Shown one piece after another: positions 16,998 to 27,397 of a DNA stretch of 28,410 nucleotides (position 1 is the stretch's first letter; the number at the start of each line of letters is the position of its first letter). The stretch spans positions 1-28,410 of the forward strand of contig JBFMAF010000050.1 in NCBI GenBank assembly GCA_040755995.1, in the 5' to 3' direction. Source of the stretch: Acidobacteriota bacterium (GTDB taxonomy: Bacteria; Acidobacteriota; CAIWXX01). The notes below the pieces were generated by a model, which searched no databases, had not been told where the DNA came from, and saw only the letters and a list, made by a program, of their open reading frames with translations. The position numbers and the translations under genes are program-made.

Positions 16998-18362
16998 ATG
17001 TCGAATGAGCCGGCCGGCCTTGCCGGAAAGATGCTCTCTCACTACGAGATAGAGTCTAGGCTTGGCGCCGGCGGAATGGGTGAGGTCTACCTTGCCCGAG
17101 ACACCAGACTCGATCGCCATGTTGCATTGAAGGTTCTCCCACAGCAGCTGGCTTCGGATCGCGACCGGATGGGGCGCTTCATGCAAGAGGCGAAGGCCGC
17201 CTCTGCGCTGAGCCATCCAAACCTCGCTCACATCTACGAGATCGGCGAGCACGAGGGGGTGTGGTTCATCGCGATGGAGCGGATCGAAGGAGAGACTCTG
17301 GATCGGCAACTGGCGGGCCGCCGGATGGATGTGGCAGAGATCTGCGACGTCGGCTCGCAGTTGGCGGACGTGCTCTCGAATGCGCACTCGCGAGGAATCA
17401 TCCATCGAGACATCAAGCCGGCCAACATCATGTTGACGGCGCGCGGCCAGGCCAAGGTGTTGGACTTCGGCATCGCCAAAGTCCAGGGCGATCCGATCAC
17501 GATGATCGGAGACGAACGCACGACCAAGCCGCTGACGGCGGCCGGCATGGTGATGGGGACGGTAAACTACATGAGCCCCGAGCAGGCCCTGGGCAGGAAG
17601 GTCGACCATCGCAGCGACCTGTTCAGCCTCGGCGTCGTCCTTTACCAGATGGCCAGCGGCAGGCCGCCCTTCGTCGGCGAGACGCCCAGCGAGATCATCG
17701 ACAGGCTGCTCCACGCCGAGCCCGAGCCGCCGGGACTGATCAATGCGCGCATCCCCTCCGACCTCGAAAGGATCATTCTCAAATGCATCCGCAAGGATCC
17801 GGCCGACCGCTACCAGTCCGCCGCCGATCTGGGCTCGGACCTGGCCTATCTCCGAAAGCAGATCACGGGCGGGCGGCCTGCGGCAACACAGGTCGAGTCG
17901 GAGTACTACGTCCCTCGGTCGCTCGCGCGCTGGCTGTTCGTCCTCGCGCAAGCCCTGTACCTTGGGATGTATCTTTCGGCACTCAGATGGGCCGATTCGA
18001 TGACCGTGGGCCTGCAATACGCCTTCGGGCGCTTCGGCGAGATCTTCTCGTACTACTTCATTGTAACCGCGCTTATCGGGATGGGCGTCAGGCTGTTTCT
18101 CGCGAGCCTGGTGATCTTCGACCACACGCGGACGGGTGTGGAGTTCCGGAAGGCGTTCCCCGCAATCCTGTTCCTGGATGCGACGTGGTCTGCGGCGCCA
18201 TTGAGCCTGGCGAACGCGTGGGGGCCGATCCCAGCGCTCGCCTGTGTGCCGCCTCTGGCATTCCTCCCCTTTTCGCAACGTACTCTGATCCGCAGTGCCT
18301 ACGATCTGACCTTGCCGCGCCGGACGTCCACCGGCCGGCGGCCCGCCGTCGACCCATACTGA
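16998..18362 (+). CDS. Hanks-type Ser/Thr protein kinase with C-terminal multi-pass membrane domain
   Basis: [53 protein letters not shown]; about four hydrophobic segments after the kinase domain. Start taken at ATG 16998 (MSNEP). Confidence 0.92.
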   Translation: MSNEPAGLAGKMLSHYEIESRLGAGGMGEVYLARDTRLDRHVALKVLPQQLASDRDRMGRFMQEAKAASALSHPNLAHIYEIGEHEGVWFIAMERIEGETLDRQLAGRRMDVAEICDVGSQLADVLSNAHSRGIIHRDIKPANIMLTARGQAKVLDFGIAKVQGDPITMIGDERTTKPLTAAGMVMGTVNYMSPEQALGRKVDHRSDLFSLGVVLYQMASGRPPFVGETPSEIIDRLLHAEPEPPGLINARIPSDLERIILKCIRKDPADRYQSAADLGSDLAYLRKQITGGRPAATQVESEYYVPRSLARWLFVLAQALYLGMYLSALRWADSMTVGLQYAFGRFGEIFSYYFIVTALIGMGVRLFLASLVIFDHTRTGVEFRKAFPAILFLDATWSAAPLSLANAWGPIPALACVPPLAFLPFSQRTLIRSAYDLTLPRRTSTGRRPAVDPY

Positions 18363-18459
18363 AGCAGCTCCGCCGGGCTGGGCAACCGGCTGAGACTATT
18401 GAAACCCGGATTGACCCATTAGAATTAGGTTGGGCAGTGAGGGAATATGGAAGAGCAAA

Positions 18460-20079
18460 ATGCGATCACGCCTGCCTTTGTCTCTCTCGCTCTGGGTAGC
18501 AGCCTCGTCTCTGGTCATCGCCCCCTGCGAGGGTGCCCCAGTCATCTCAATCTCACTTCAACCAATAGCGTCTGGACTTAGCAGTCCGGTCTATGTCACA
18601 AACGCCGGCGACGGCAGTGGCAGACTGTTCGTTGTCGAGCAGCCGGGAACGATCCGGATATACAAGAACGGGTCTCTGCTTGCCGCACCATTCCTCGACA
18701 TCAGGACCAAGGTGCTTTCGGGTGGCGAGCGAGGCTTGCTGAGCACGGCTTTTCACCCGCGATTCGAGTCTAATCGCCGCTTCTTCGTCTACTACACTCG
18801 CCAGACGGATGGCGATCTGGTCATATCGGAATTCACGGCATCGGCTGCGAATCCGGATCAAGCAAACACCACCGAGAGACAGCTCCTGATCATCGATCAC
18901 ACCGCATACTCCAACCACAACGGCGGCCAGCTTCACTTCGGCCCGGACGGGTTTCTTTACATCTTCACGGGCGACGGCGGAGGCGGCGGGGATCCGCTGG
19001 GGAGCGGGCAGAACATCAACTCGTTCCTCGGCAAGGTGCTGCGAGTCGACGTCGACTCGGGAAGTCCATATGGAATCCCCTCCGACAATCCTTACGCTGC
19101 CGCTGCCGGGCTGGATGAGATCTACGCGACCGGATTTCGCAATCCCTGGCGAGCTTCCTTCGATCGTCTCACCGGTGCTCTCTACGCGGGCGACGTCGGC
19201 CAGAACGCCTGGGAAGAAGTCGACGTCGTTCAGATCGGCCGAAACTACGGCTGGAACATCATGGAAGGATCTCACTGCTATCCGCCAGGCTCAAGCTGCA
19301 ATGCGGCCGGGCTGGTACAACCCGTGGTCGAGTACAGTCATGCGGGAGGCAACTGCTCTATAACGGGCGGCTATGTGTACCGCGGATCGATGTTCCCGGC
19401 GCTGGCCGGAACCTACTTCTACGCCGACTTCTGCACGGGCATAATCTGGGGACTTGGCGGCGGAGTCGCTTCGCAGCTGCTTGACACGAATCTGAGTATT
19501 GCCTCCTTCGGCGAGGACGAGACCGGCGAACTGTACATTGTCGACCTCGGCGGAACAGTCAGCCGGATCGTGGGACCACCCGGTCCATGCACGCTGACGT
19601 GCCCGCGCGACATCACGGTTACCGATCTCGACGGCGATGGGAGCGAGAAGGTGACCTTCTCTGATCCACAGACCAGCGGCGCATGCGGCATAGTCACCTG
19701 TGCCCCACCATCCGGTTCTGCGTTTCCGCTCGGCACGACCCAGGTCAATTGCACTTCGTCGGAAGGCGGCGGCTCGTGTACATTCAGCGTGACTGTCCTC
19801 GCCCGGACCTCGGTAGTGCAGGTCCTCGGCTGCAGGCCGCCAGGTGGGCCGGCGGGTGCCCGCCTGGACATTCGAGTCATCGGCACGGGATTCGCGCCGG
19901 GCGCCGGGCTCGTGTTGGGCGAAGGGATCAAACCGGCCAAGACACGCCGGGTATCAGCGAAGGTGCTCACGGCGACGATCAAGATCATGCTGAACGCCAG
20001 GAAAGGCTTCCGCAACGTAACCGTCAAGAATCCCGATGGAACCAGGGCCACGTGCACTCGCTGCTTCAGGGTCAAATGA
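18460..20079 (+). CDS. Secreted PQQ-dependent sugar dehydrogenase-family (GSDH) propeller + HYR-like + basic Ig/IPT-like C-terminal domain
   Basis: Signal peptide; RLFVVEQPG, GERGLLSTAFHP, NHNGGQLHFGPDGFLY, GFRNPWR, DVGQNAWEEVD, SITGGYVYRG, SFGEDETGELY. HYR-like CAPPSGSAFPLGTTQVNCT follows. Confidence 0.88.
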   Translation: MRSRLPLSLSLWVAASSLVIAPCEGAPVISISLQPIASGLSSPVYVTNAGDGSGRLFVVEQPGTIRIYKNGSLLAAPFLDIRTKVLSGGERGLLSTAFHPRFESNRRFFVYYTRQTDGDLVISEFTASAANPDQANTTERQLLIIDHTAYSNHNGGQLHFGPDGFLYIFTGDGGGGGDPLGSGQNINSFLGKVLRVDVDSGSPYGIPSDNPYAAAAGLDEIYATGFRNPWRASFDRLTGALYAGDVGQNAWEEVDVVQIGRNYGWNIMEGSHCYPPGSSCNAAGLVQPVVEYSHAGGNCSITGGYVYRGSMFPALAGTYFYADFCTGIIWGLGGGVASQLLDTNLSIASFGEDETGELYIVDLGGTVSRIVGPPGPCTLTCPRDITVTDLDGDGSEKVTFSDPQTSGACGIVTCAPPSGSAFPLGTTQVNCTSSEGGGSCTFSVTVLARTSVVQVLGCRPPGGPAGARLDIRVIGTGFAPGAGLVLGEGIKPAKTRRVSAKVLTATIKIMLNARKGFRNVTVKNPDGTRATCTRCFRVK

Positions 20080-20276
20080 GAGTCCTGAGCATCAGAGGTG
20101 GGTGCAGGTTGGAGGTGCTGGCGAGCTTGCGTTCACGGACCCCATGAGTCGCCACGTTCTCGATCGCAAGAATGATCCTGCGGTGGGGACGCTGGCTCTG
20201 CTCGCGTTGACAGGCCCGGACGGCCGACTGTAGGATCGGCAGCCTGATTGATCGATCGACAAGGAGTGATACCCCG

Positions 20277-23063
20277 ATGAGTCTCGAAGGTGCCGTTCGA
20301 CAGCGCACGGTGTTTTGGGTTCTGCTATTCTTTGGATGCGGTCTTTGCGCAGCGACTGCTGCCGAGCCGTCGAAGGAGGTGCCGAAGGTGCCGCGCGAAG
20401 TCGTGACGGTCGAGGGCATGACGGAGTATGCCCTCGACAACGGTCTCCGCGTGATCATCTTCCCCGATCCGACAAGACCGACGGTTACGGTTAATATCAC
20501 CTACTTCGTGGGCTCGCGGCATGAGGGCTACGGCGAGAGCGGGATGGCCCACCTGCTGGAACACATGATGTTCAAGGGCACTCCTTCGCACGCGCACCCA
20601 TGGGGACTCCTGCAGGATCACGGCGCCTTCTTCAACGGAACGACCTGGGTCGACCGCACGAACTACTATGAGACCATGCCCTCCTCTCCCGAGAATCTGG
20701 ATTTCGCCCTTGCCCTCGAAGCCGACCGCATGATCAACAGCACGATTTCGCAGGAGGAACTTTCGAAGGAGTTCTCCGTCGTGCGCAACGAGTTCGAGAT
20801 GGGAGAGAACTATCCGCGGCGGATCCTCGAGGAGCGCATGTTCTCATCCGCCTATCTCTGGCACAACTACGGCAAATCCACGATCGGATCGAAGAGCGAC
20901 ATCGAGAGAGTACCTGCAGAAAGTCTCCGCGCGTTCTACGAGCGCTACTACCAGCCGGACAACGCCATGCTGGTCGTGGCCGGGAAGTTCGATCGGGAAT
21001 CGGCGTTGAGCCTGGTTCAGCGCTACTTCGGGGCAATCAAGCGGCCCGCGCGAAAGCTGGCTTCCACCTACACCGTCGAACCCGTGCAGGACGGAGAGCG
21101 CAGCGTGGTTCTGCGCCGGACCGGAGACGTCGGATCCGTGGGCGTGATGTATCACGGCCTCGCGGGCTCGGATGAGAGCTTCCCCGCCGAAGAGGCGCTC
21201 GTTCATCTCTTGACTGCGGAACCGTCGGGGCGCCTGTACAAGGCCCTGGTCGAAACGGGCATGGCAGCGAAGGTCGAGGGCGCGGCCTACATTTGGGCCG
21301 AACCCGGCGTGATGCAGTTCTACGCGGAGGTTCGCCAGGACAAGCCTATCGAGCCAGTACGCGACACTATGGTCGACGTGATCGAGAAGGCGGAGGCTGA
21401 CAAGGTCACCCAGGCCGAGCTGGACAGGTTCAAAGCGAAGGAGCTCAAGGAATTCGACCTGGCCATGACGGACAGCCAGCGAATCAGCGTCGAGCTGTCC
21501 GAGTGGGCGGCGCTCGGCGATTGGCGAATGCTCTTCATTCATCGCGATCGCGTCCGGGCACTCACTGTCGAGCAGGTACAGAGTGTCGCTTCGCAATTCC
21601 TGAGGCAGAGCAACCGGATTGTGGGCCTGTTCGTGCCCACGCCGAACCCTGAGCGCAGCCCCTTGCCGGCTCCGGTCGATGTCCAGGCGGCAGTCAAGGC
21701 CTACAGAGGAGAACAGGGAGTCAGCGCGGGCGAGGCCTTCGTCGCTACGATCGAGAACATCGAGAAGACCGTTCAGAGAGGATCGATCTCCAGCGGGATG
21801 AAGCTGGCCCTGCTCGCCAAGGAGACCCGCGGCGACGCCGTCACCGGCCGGATCAGGCTGCACTTCGGGACCGAGAAGGATCTCGCGGGCAAGAGGGGAA
21901 TCGCCGCGCTCGTCCCGCAGATGCTCGCGCGCGGCACACAGAAGCACACCTACGAGCAGCTCCGCGATGAGCTCGATCGCCTGAAGGCCAAGGTGACTCT
22001 CAATCCGCTCGGCGCGAGCGGCGCGCAGATCGACATCACGACCATCCGAGAGACGCTCCCCGGCGTGCTGACCCTCGTGGCCGAGATGCTGCAGCAACCG
22101 GCCTTCCCGGAGGACCAGTTCGAGATCCTGAAACGAGAGACACTGGCCAACCTCGAACAGCAGCTTCAGGACCCCATGGCGCAGGGTTTCGATTCGCTGG
22201 CGCGAAGAATGCAGCCCTGGCCGAAGGATAACGTACGCTACGAGCCGACGACGAAGGAGAAGATCGAGCTTTACGGCGCCGTGAAGCTCGACGACATGAA
22301 GGAGTTCCACCAGGAATTCTATGGTTGTAGTAATTCCGAGCTGGCGCTCGTCGGCGACTTCGATCCGGCGGAAGTGAAGAAGACGGTCGAAGCGCTGTTC
22401 GGCGGGTGGAAGTCGCCGAGGCCCTACGAGCGTATCGCCGTGCCCTACCAGCCCGGAATCCCGGCCTCCGACGAGGTGATACAGACTCCTGACAAGCAGA
22501 TGGCCATCATCGGCGTCGGACATTCGATCGAGGAGCGCGACGACGACCCGGACATTCCCGCTCTCGCCATGGCCAACTACGTGTTTGGAGCGAGCACCAA
22601 GTCACGGTTGTTCGAACGGCTGCGGCAGAAGGAGGGGCTGTCATACGGGGCCTTTTCCAGCATCGATGCCGACCCGTTCGACAGGAACGGCTCGTTTCTC
22701 GCCGGCGCCATCTGCGCTCCACAGAACGCGCAGCGCGCGATGGATCTGCTCCTTGAGGAGCTACGGCATCTGCTGAAAAACGGGATTCCGCAATCGGAGC
22801 TCGAGGAATCCAAGAAGAGCTACATGCTCACATTCGACAACTACCTCGCCCAGGATGACGTTGTGTCGGCATGGTTCTGCGAGCAGCTCTTCGTCAGCCG
22901 GACCTTCCTCTACAACCAGAAGATCCATGATCAGATGTGGCAGCTTACTCCTGCCCAAGTCCAGCAGATCCTGAACAGGGTCATCAAGCCGGACAGCCTG
23001 GTAAGAGTCATGGCCGGAGACCTGGAAGACCTGGCAGTGCCCGCCACGGAGCCAAGTCACTAG
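20277..23063 (+). CDS. M16 family zinc metallopeptidase (pitrilysin/PqqL-like), secreted
   Basis: AAGGAG RBS and signal peptide; LDNGLRV, GSRHE, inverted zinc motif AHLLEHMMFKG, NGTTWVDRTNY, YYQPDNA; C-terminal half SRLFERLRQKEGLSYG. Confidence 0.93.
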   Translation: MSLEGAVRQRTVFWVLLFFGCGLCAATAAEPSKEVPKVPREVVTVEGMTEYALDNGLRVIIFPDPTRPTVTVNITYFVGSRHEGYGESGMAHLLEHMMFKGTPSHAHPWGLLQDHGAFFNGTTWVDRTNYYETMPSSPENLDFALALEADRMINSTISQEELSKEFSVVRNEFEMGENYPRRILEERMFSSAYLWHNYGKSTIGSKSDIERVPAESLRAFYERYYQPDNAMLVVAGKFDRESALSLVQRYFGAIKRPARKLASTYTVEPVQDGERSVVLRRTGDVGSVGVMYHGLAGSDESFPAEEALVHLLTAEPSGRLYKALVETGMAAKVEGAAYIWAEPGVMQFYAEVRQDKPIEPVRDTMVDVIEKAEADKVTQAELDRFKAKELKEFDLAMTDSQRISVELSEWAALGDWRMLFIHRDRVRALTVEQVQSVASQFLRQSNRIVGLFVPTPNPERSPLPAPVDVQAAVKAYRGEQGVSAGEAFVATIENIEKTVQRGSISSGMKLALLAKETRGDAVTGRIRLHFGTEKDLAGKRGIAALVPQMLARGTQKHTYEQLRDELDRLKAKVTLNPLGASGAQIDITTIRETLPGVLTLVAEMLQQPAFPEDQFEILKRETLANLEQQLQDPMAQGFDSLARRMQPWPKDNVRYEPTTKEKIELYGAVKLDDMKEFHQEFYGCSNSELALVGDFDPAEVKKTVEALFGGWKSPRPYERIAVPYQPGIPASDEVIQTPDKQMAIIGVGHSIEERDDDPDIPALAMANYVFGASTKSRLFERLRQKEGLSYGAFSSIDADPFDRNGSFLAGAICAPQNAQRAMDLLLEELRHLLKNGIPQSELEESKKSYMLTFDNYLAQDDVVSAWFCEQLFVSRTFLYNQKIHDQMWQLTPAQVQQILNRVIKPDSLVRVMAGDLEDLAVPATEPSH

Positions 23064-23400
23064 ACAGCGCGTCACAAGTCCGGCACGGAACCAACGAATC
23101 AAGCATCGTGTGAACGCGCTGCATTCTGACAGCTGTGGATGTGTGGAGGCCCCGGCTGTCGGTATCAAGTCGTACCCGTGCCCGCTCGATCCATCCCTGG
23201 CATGCGAACAGGTACTCGCACGCTCCGCACTGCCTCACGGGGCGGCGGGCGTGTGATGTTCATCACAGACGAAGGCCGCGGCACAGTTTATGTTGAGAAT
23301 GGTAGAAGGCGTCCAGAACGAGCGGCGACCGCGTCGGGTTTTGTGTCCGCACGGAAGTCGATGACCGGTTGCGCGGAATGGTCTAGAGAGAGGTGGTCTC

Positions 23401-25134
23401 ATGAGGTATGGGAATGAGCTGGCCCGTTCGTTGATCCTCGGCATCCTGGGCACGAGCTTGGTAGCTGCCGGTGCTGTGGTGGAGCAGACCGGCGTGTCGA
23501 TCGTCCAGGTGCCGGTTTTCGTCTCGGACAGCCGAGGGAATCCCGTCCTGGGCTTGACGGAGAAGGACTTCGAAGTCTACGAGGACGGCCTGAGACAGGA
23601 GATCGAGGTCTTCGTTCCCATCTCCATGGGAGCGGCTGCAGAGGCGCCGCTGCCGCCCGGCGAGATCTCCCAGGGCGGGAAGGTAGAGCTGCCTCGCTAC
23701 GAGTCGAGACGCCATCTCTTTCTGGTCTTCGACTTCACCCAAAACACACCCGCCGGGGTGCGCCGCATGTTGCAGGGGGCATCATCTTTCGTAGAGAAGA
23801 ATATGGGAGATCAGGACCTGGTCTCCTTGTGGGTCATTTCTCCTGCCCGAGGGCTCGAGCTCGCTACCAATCTGACCAACGACCGATCTTACTTGAAGGG
23901 GTGCATCACACGACTTGAACGAGGAGGACGGTTGCCTTCCACTGCATACACCGCAGGTGTCGCCAGCCTGGTCGGACCTTCGGACGTCTGGGGGCCGCGC
24001 ATGGATTCCTTCGGGCAGCGCAAGAGCGCCCTTTCCGGGGAACGTGAGGCTGACGGGTTCGTAGCGCGGGTCCGGCAGGAGACGTTCTTGGACGAATTAG
24101 AGCGGCTTTCGCAAGTCATCGCCGGGATGCCGGGGAGGAAGTTCTGCCTGCTCTTCTCGAACGGCTTCGGCCTCCAGGGGACGATGGGAAGCGCGCGTCC
24201 GGTCGTGGCAGCCGAAAGCAGATCCGCCGAGCTCGCATTCGGGGCGTTTCTGCAGCCGAGTTGCGCCAGGCGGGAGATTTTTGACCAGATGGACCGCATA
24301 ACACGCAAGTTCTCCACGGCCGATTGCCAACTCTACGCGTTCGACACCACTGGGCTGTACTCGGATTCCAACCTCGCGTTCGTAGACGGCCCGGCGATAG
24401 GCCGCCCACGATTGTTCTCTCCAGGGCTTGACTCTCTGGGCATGCTCGCCCAACAGACTGGAGGCGAGTGCTACCCGAATATGAACGACCTTAGCAGGCC
24501 CATCGCCAAGCTCATGAGCAAGACCAGCAGCTACTATCTGCTCGGCTATCGAACCCCGGCGCAGACCAGCCCAAAGGACGCGGAGAAATTCCATCGCATC
24601 AAGGTCCGAGTCCACGCGAAGGGTGTGCGGGTGGGATACCGTCCTGGGTACATCGGCGCTGCGCCGGCCGCGTTCGAGGCGGAGAGCGCATGGGTGCAGC
24701 TAGCCGCCATCGCACTGTATGACCTGCCGGGGACCCGCATCGCGTTCAAGCCTGCGGCCCACGCGGCGACGGGCACGGGAACAGAGGCGACCGTCGGAGT
24801 CACTTTCGAGGTGCCGGGCGAGCAGTTTGCCGACTGGAAGGGCGACCTGCCGCTGGAGTTCTACGTGTTTGTCCTCGACGATACGGAGCAGGTCAGGACG
24901 TACGCGCGAGGCGGACGTCTCATATCAGAACGCGATGTTGCGGATCGCATCCTTCGAGCCGGGATCAGCTACGCGGACCAGCTTCAATTGCCTCGCGACG
25001 GCGAGTACACACTTCGATTCGTCGTCCGCAATGCCGGTACAGGAGACTACGGATCGGCCACGATGAAGATCAACTCCTCATCTTCAGCCAGCCCGCCCGT
25101 CAGCGGCAGTGCGGCCTTTCCGGCTGGGTCCTGA
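23401..25134 (+). CDS. VWA-domain protein (acidobacterial VWFA-related type), secreted
   Basis: Signal peptide; VQVPVFVSDSRGNPVLGLTEKDFEVYEDG, LVFDF, GRKFCLLFSNGF, LAQQTGG, YYLLGY, FHRIKVRV...YRPGY. Confidence 0.87.
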   Translation: MRYGNELARSLILGILGTSLVAAGAVVEQTGVSIVQVPVFVSDSRGNPVLGLTEKDFEVYEDGLRQEIEVFVPISMGAAAEAPLPPGEISQGGKVELPRYESRRHLFLVFDFTQNTPAGVRRMLQGASSFVEKNMGDQDLVSLWVISPARGLELATNLTNDRSYLKGCITRLERGGRLPSTAYTAGVASLVGPSDVWGPRMDSFGQRKSALSGEREADGFVARVRQETFLDELERLSQVIAGMPGRKFCLLFSNGFGLQGTMGSARPVVAAESRSAELAFGAFLQPSCARREIFDQMDRITRKFSTADCQLYAFDTTGLYSDSNLAFVDGPAIGRPRLFSPGLDSLGMLAQQTGGECYPNMNDLSRPIAKLMSKTSSYYLLGYRTPAQTSPKDAEKFHRIKVRVHAKGVRVGYRPGYIGAAPAAFEAESAWVQLAAIALYDLPGTRIAFKPAAHAATGTGTEATVGVTFEVPGEQFADWKGDLPLEFYVFVLDDTEQVRTYARGGRLISERDVADRILRAGISYADQLQLPRDGEYTLRFVVRNAGTGDYGSATMKINSSSSASPPVSGSAAFPAGS

Positions 25135-25220
25135 TCACCGGATTGCAGATCCCCATAGCGGCGGCACAGCCGCTCACTGCCGCGAATTCGAGATTCTGTC
25201 ATCGTTCAGGGCATTCGCGC

Positions 25221-25248
25221 TTGCGTTCGGCGGGAGGGCGAGGATAAT
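25221..25248 (+). promoter_or_regulatory. Sigma70-type promoter candidate upstream of DegT-DedA
   Basis: TTGCGT-16 nt-GATAAT in the intergenic region. Confidence 0.3.
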
Positions 25249-25394
25249 AGCAACCAGCCTGCCTGGTTGAAGGAGGGATGCCCTGCTCAGGCACATCGTG
25301 CGGATGATCAAGACGATCACCGCTCCCCCAGTCTCTTCTACACTCGTACTAGGCGTGGCCGCTGCGTCCGTGCACCGCCGGGGCCTCGGCTGAG

Positions 25395-26657
25395 ATGCTC
25401 GCCATATCGAGATACGGCGCGCGGGTCATCCCGAACACGCAACAGATCATTGCCGGGTGCCGGGGCCGAGGCGAGTTGGTGCGGGGACCGCACATCGCCG
25501 CGTTCGAGCGGGCGCTGGCCGAGTACCTCGGCGCAGGGCGGGCGGTCACGGCTTCATACGGCCGCATGGCCTTCTACTACATCTTGAAGGCCCTTGACTT
25601 GCCGCCCCGTTCAGAGGTCATCTTTCCCGCGCTCACCTTCTGGGTGGTCCCGGAGATCGCACGGGCCGCTGGGCTGAAACCCGTCTTCGCCGACATCGAT
25701 CCACAGACGTTCAATATCGACCCTGGGGCCTTCGCGCGGGCGATTACGCCGCAAACGCGGGCCGTGGTGCCAACGCACCTCTACGGCCTGCCCTGCGACA
25801 TGGATGCCGTCCTTGATGTGGCCCGCCGCCACGGACTCGTGATCATCGAGGATTGCGCACACGCCTTGGGCGCGCGATACCGCGGCCAGCCGGTGGGCAC
25901 CTTCGGCGACGCCTCGTTCTTCAGCTTCCAGTTGCTGAAGCCGCTCAATAGCTACGGCGGCGGAGCCGCGTTCACAGGCAATCCTGCGCTGGCCGAGCGT
26001 GTGGCAAGGCTTGCGGCCGCGGAGCCGTGGCCGAGCGCCAAGCGCGTCGAGCGAAGGTTGCTGATGGGACGGCTGCAGAGAGTGCTCATGGGGCCGAAGG
26101 TCTTCACATTCACCGCCTTCCCGATCCTCTGGGCGGCCTCGTTCTTCAAGGCGCGTCCCGATGTCTACCTGTGGGAACCCATCCGGCCCTTGCTTACTCT
26201 TCCCGATCGATACACTGAGCGGTACAGCAATGTCCAGGCGGCCATAGCGCTCGAAAGCCTGAAGCGGCTGGATCAATGGACGGCAGCGACACAAGCTCAC
26301 GCGCGGATCGTGGACGAGGCGCTTGGCGAGCTGCCAGGTGTAGCACGGCCGAATGAGCCACCCGGTCATGCGCATGTGTACTACCAGTATTGTGTCTATG
26401 TGCAGGACAGGGACACTCTGGTGCGGCGATGTATCCGCCGGGGTGTGGACATCGAGACGCTTCACGCGGACCTCTGCAGCTCGCTCGAGCTTTTCAAAGC
26501 CGGCGATCGCGCCGCGCCGGGGGCGGAGAAGGCCTCCAGGGCCGTGCAATTGCCCATCTACAGCGGCCTGACAGATGAGCAAGTTCGGAGCATGGCGGCG
26601 CGGGTTCGCAGAGCGCTCGGGCATCACGGCGCCGGAGGCGATGGATCGCGTCCATGA
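25395..26657 (+). CDS. DegT/DnrJ/EryC1/StrS family PLP-dependent aminotransferase
   Basis: GPHIAAFERALAEYLG, PVFADID, PTHLYGLPCDM, IEDCAHALGA, FSFQLLKPLNSYGGG (PLP Lys), QLPIYSGL. Confidence 0.92.
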   Translation: MLAISRYGARVIPNTQQIIAGCRGRGELVRGPHIAAFERALAEYLGAGRAVTASYGRMAFYYILKALDLPPRSEVIFPALTFWVVPEIARAAGLKPVFADIDPQTFNIDPGAFARAITPQTRAVVPTHLYGLPCDMDAVLDVARRHGLVIIEDCAHALGARYRGQPVGTFGDASFFSFQLLKPLNSYGGGAAFTGNPALAERVARLAAAEPWPSAKRVERRLLMGRLQRVLMGPKVFTFTAFPILWAASFFKARPDVYLWEPIRPLLTLPDRYTERYSNVQAAIALESLKRLDQWTAATQAHARIVDEALGELPGVARPNEPPGHAHVYYQYCVYVQDRDTLVRRCIRRGVDIETLHADLCSSLELFKAGDRAAPGAEKASRAVQLPIYSGLTDEQVRSMAARVRRALGHHGAGGDGSRP

Positions 26658-27325
26658 GCCTTGCCCCAAGCTCCGAGATCTGGGCGTACCTGACCATCTT
26701 CGTGGCTGCGGCAGTGGAGGGCGAGACGGTGCTTGTCGCGGCGTGCGTGTTGGTGGAGTGGGGTTTGCTCAATCCGCTGGGCGTATTCCTGGCCGGTGCC
26801 TTGGGAGGCAGTGCAGGCGATCAGTTCTTCTTCTATCTCGTCCACAGCCCCTTGAGGCGCTGGGTGCAGCGTTTCCCGGTCTCGGCAAGGCGGAAGGATC
26901 TGATCATGGGACGGGTGCGTGCACACGCCGTGAAGATGATCCTCGCCAGCCGGTTCTTACCCGGCTTGCGCATTGCGATCCCGATGGCCTGTGCATACGC
27001 CAAGGTCTCGCCGTTGCGATACTCCGGCTTGAGTCTTGTAAGCGCCGCCGGTTGGGCCGCGGTCATCATGTTGGCCACATCGAAGTACGGCCCGGCCGTT
27101 TTCAGAGCAATTGGCCTGAGGCCATTGTGGGCCACGCTGGCTTCGGCAGCGCTGGTCCTGGCCTTCTTCTACTGGATCGGCCATTCGGCGCGCCCAAGTG
27201 GGGCTGGAGCTCGTACGACGACAGAACCTGGGCCGAGCGAGTCGGGCGCCCGGCATGGCCAGATGCCGGTGGATAACGGCCCCACGACACCAGGGCCAGG
27301 AGATCCCAGCAGGAAAGCCGGATGA
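26654..27325 (+). CDS. DedA/VTT family membrane protein
   Basis: ATGA overlap with the DegT gene; VEGETVL, GALGGSAGDQFFFYL, SRFLPGLRIAIPMAC motifs. Confidence 0.88.
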   Translation: MSLAPSSEIWAYLTIFVAAAVEGETVLVAACVLVEWGLLNPLGVFLAGALGGSAGDQFFFYLVHSPLRRWVQRFPVSARRKDLIMGRVRAHAVKMILASRFLPGLRIAIPMACAYAKVSPLRYSGLSLVSAAGWAAVIMLATSKYGPAVFRAIGLRPLWATLASAALVLAFFYWIGHSARPSGAGARTTTEPGPSESGARHGQMPVDNGPTTPGPGDPSRKAG

Positions 27326-27368
27326 CTGCGGTCGCGTCGGCGCGTTGTCGCACGGCTGCTCGGCGAAC

Positions 27369-27397
27369 TTGACAGGCGGAGGTTCCGCGTCGATACT
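27369..27397 (+). promoter_or_regulatory. Sigma70 promoter candidate
   Basis: TTGACA-17 nt-GATACT, about 120 nt upstream of ATG 27519. Confidence 0.6.

Noticed and set aside
1236..23063. PQQ biosynthesis cluster (PqqD + rSAM + M16 peptidase + PQQ-dependent dehydrogenase)
   Set aside because: The peptide lacks the PqqA E-x-x-x-Y core, no PqqB or PqqC is present, and the M16 and GSDH genes are more than 15 kb away and carry signal peptides.
23064..23400. Small Cys-containing ORFs (e.g. 23008..23238 -, CxxC) or a structured RNA in the M16-VWA gap
   Set aside because: No convincing RBS, overlap with neighbouring genes, and no riboswitch or terminator consensus that I can recognise.
16974..26669. 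Long alternative ORFs (16974..18278 -, 17261..18499 +, 20844..22523 -, 25611..26669 -; likewise 8652..9740 +)
   Set aside because: Antisense or off-frame shadows of well-supported genes, expected in high-GC DNA; no recognisable motifs.
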